From a virus: 38,393 nucleotides of DNA. The translations under genes were made by a program, and so were the position numbers. The DNA lies in the IMG/VR virus record IMGVR_UViG_3300045988_107305, positions 1 to 38,393 of that record. The stretch is one strand, 5' to 3'. Position 1 is the stretch's first letter. Every line of letters starts with the position of its first letter. Positions 37,618 through 38,393 of the stretch are shown here, piece after piece. A model generated the notes under the pieces. The model ran no database searches and was not told where the DNA came from. It saw only the letters and a program-made list of their open reading frames with translations.

Positions 37618-38393
37618 AAAATTGTTTTAATTTCTCATTTCCGAATTGTCCGCTTGTTAAGTCTATAATTTCCTTAACAGAATACTCCTTTTTCGTTTTT
37701 TTCAAAGAACTAACAAACTGTTTAGTTCCAAACTCACAAGCCCCGGTAATAATTCTATACATTTTAATAGCATCTTCTTTCGGTAAAACACTATCTAAAG
37801 TCAAATTATTAAACTGTGATGTATCTCTGTTTGAAATCTTATAAATCAAATCAGCTTTTGCTTGTTTTATAGTTTTTCCATGCGAATAATTCTCGCCATC
37901 AGTAACAATAAAACTTTCTTTTTTCGTAAAGTAGTCATTGAACGTAATAACTTTATAAACATTTTTCTTTTTTGCCAAAACTATCGCATCTATTTCATCG
38001 AAACATACAACTTCTTGAAACTTATGATTATAAAGACAATATCTTACATCTCCTTTAATTTTATCGCCATCAACAAATTCAGTTTTAACATAGTCAACAA
38101 CAATCATGCCATCTTCTCTTTTAAATTCTGCTAAAGTTATCCAATTTCCAACTTTGGCGGATACAGTGGAATATAATCCTATAGCGGATATGATAGAATT
38201 ATTACCAGTACAGTTGATTCGGGCGGAATTGCCTGAGCTACCAATTTGGGCGGAATTGCCTGAGCTACCAATTTTGGCGTAATTGCCTGAGCTACCAATT
38301 TTGGCGGAATCGCCTGAGCTACCAATTTGGGCGGAATTGCCTGAGCTACCAATTTTGGCGTAATTGCCTGAGCTACCAATTTTGGCGGAATCG
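37604..38393 (-). CDS. C-terminal part of junction-spanning tandem-repeat protein (repeats 38226..38393, C-terminal 200-aa domain 37604..38220)
   Basis: frame giving GNSAQ IGSSGNSAK repeats is continuous with supplied ORF 37604..38107 (no stop between); the supplied ORF 38179..38379 is a different frame. Confidence 0.6.
   Translation of the reverse strand, partial: DSAKIGSSGNYAKIGSSGNSAQIGSSGDSAKIGSSGNYAKIGSSGNSAQIGSSGNSARINCTGNNSIISAIGLYSTVSAKVGNWITLAEFKREDGMIVVDYVKTEFVDGDKIKGDVRYCLYNHKFQEVVCFDEIDAIVLAKKKNVYKVITFNDYFTKKESFIVTDGENYSHGKTIKQAKADLIYKISNRDTSQFNNLTLDSVLPKEDAIKMYRIITGACEFGTKQFVSSLKKTKKEYSVKEIIDLTSGQFGNEKLKQFFEEK
38226..38393. repeat. 27-bp tandem repeat, about 6 copies, same family as 2..190; last 34 nt identical to first 34 nt of window
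   Basis: direct reading. Confidence 0.9.

Noticed and set aside
38179-38379. Minus-strand ORF MVAQAITPKLVAQAIPPK… from the supplied track
   Set aside because: Wrong frame of the repeat array. It starts at a TTG at the window edge and stops at 38179, whereas the frame offset by one (…GNSAQIGSSGNSAK…) is open all the way into ORF 37604..38107.

Overview
The window looks like a complete, circularly closed genome (about 38.36 kb) of a tailed phage with a contractile tail. The last 34 nt are identical to the first 34 nt. A minus-strand gene with its RBS and ATG at 297..295 stays in frame across that junction into 37604..38220, so the window was cut inside a 27-bp tandem-repeat array within a gene.

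Nearly every gene is on the minus strand. In transcription order (high to low coordinate):
- early/accessory block: junction-spanning repeat protein, SSB, HNH protein, MazG-like protein, Dam-like N6-adenine MTase, a YopX-like and zinc-finger small-protein cluster, C5-cytosine MTase, XRE-type HTH regulator
- TerS, TerL, portal (Mu gpH-like), Mu F-like head protein, scaffold, major capsid, neck proteins
- sheath, tube, chaperone, tape measure, baseplate hub/V/W/J, tail fibers
- holin and GH108 endolysin, a BNR-repeat tail protein, i-/o-spanins
- after a roughly 1.8-kb largely non-coding island: RusA, a replication initiator-like protein, two DnaA-domain-IV paralogs, ERF recombinase

The only convincing plus-strand gene (4315..4692) sits in that island. 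It is bracketed by two near-identical rho-independent terminators and shielded from the late operon by three tandem minus-strand terminators. The island also carries two perfect inverted DnaA boxes.

Other points of interest:
- two different in-frame 27-bp VNTRs, one in the junction-spanning protein and one inside the Dam methyltransferase
- a textbook -1 frameshift heptamer (T TTT TTA) joining two ORFs at 30119..30600
- a sigma70-consensus promoter (TTGACA-N17-ATATTA) copied three times with about 60 bp of identical context
- iteron-like 12-bp repeats and interleaved palindromes upstream of the replication genes

No integrase, repressor/antirepressor pair, tRNA or CRISPR array was found. Strong Shine-Dalgarno sites, sigma70-like promoters, spanins and a GH108 lysin point to a low-GC Gram-negative host that uses Shine-Dalgarno sequences. 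This is inference; no database search was possible.

All calls rest on motif and architecture recognition by eye.
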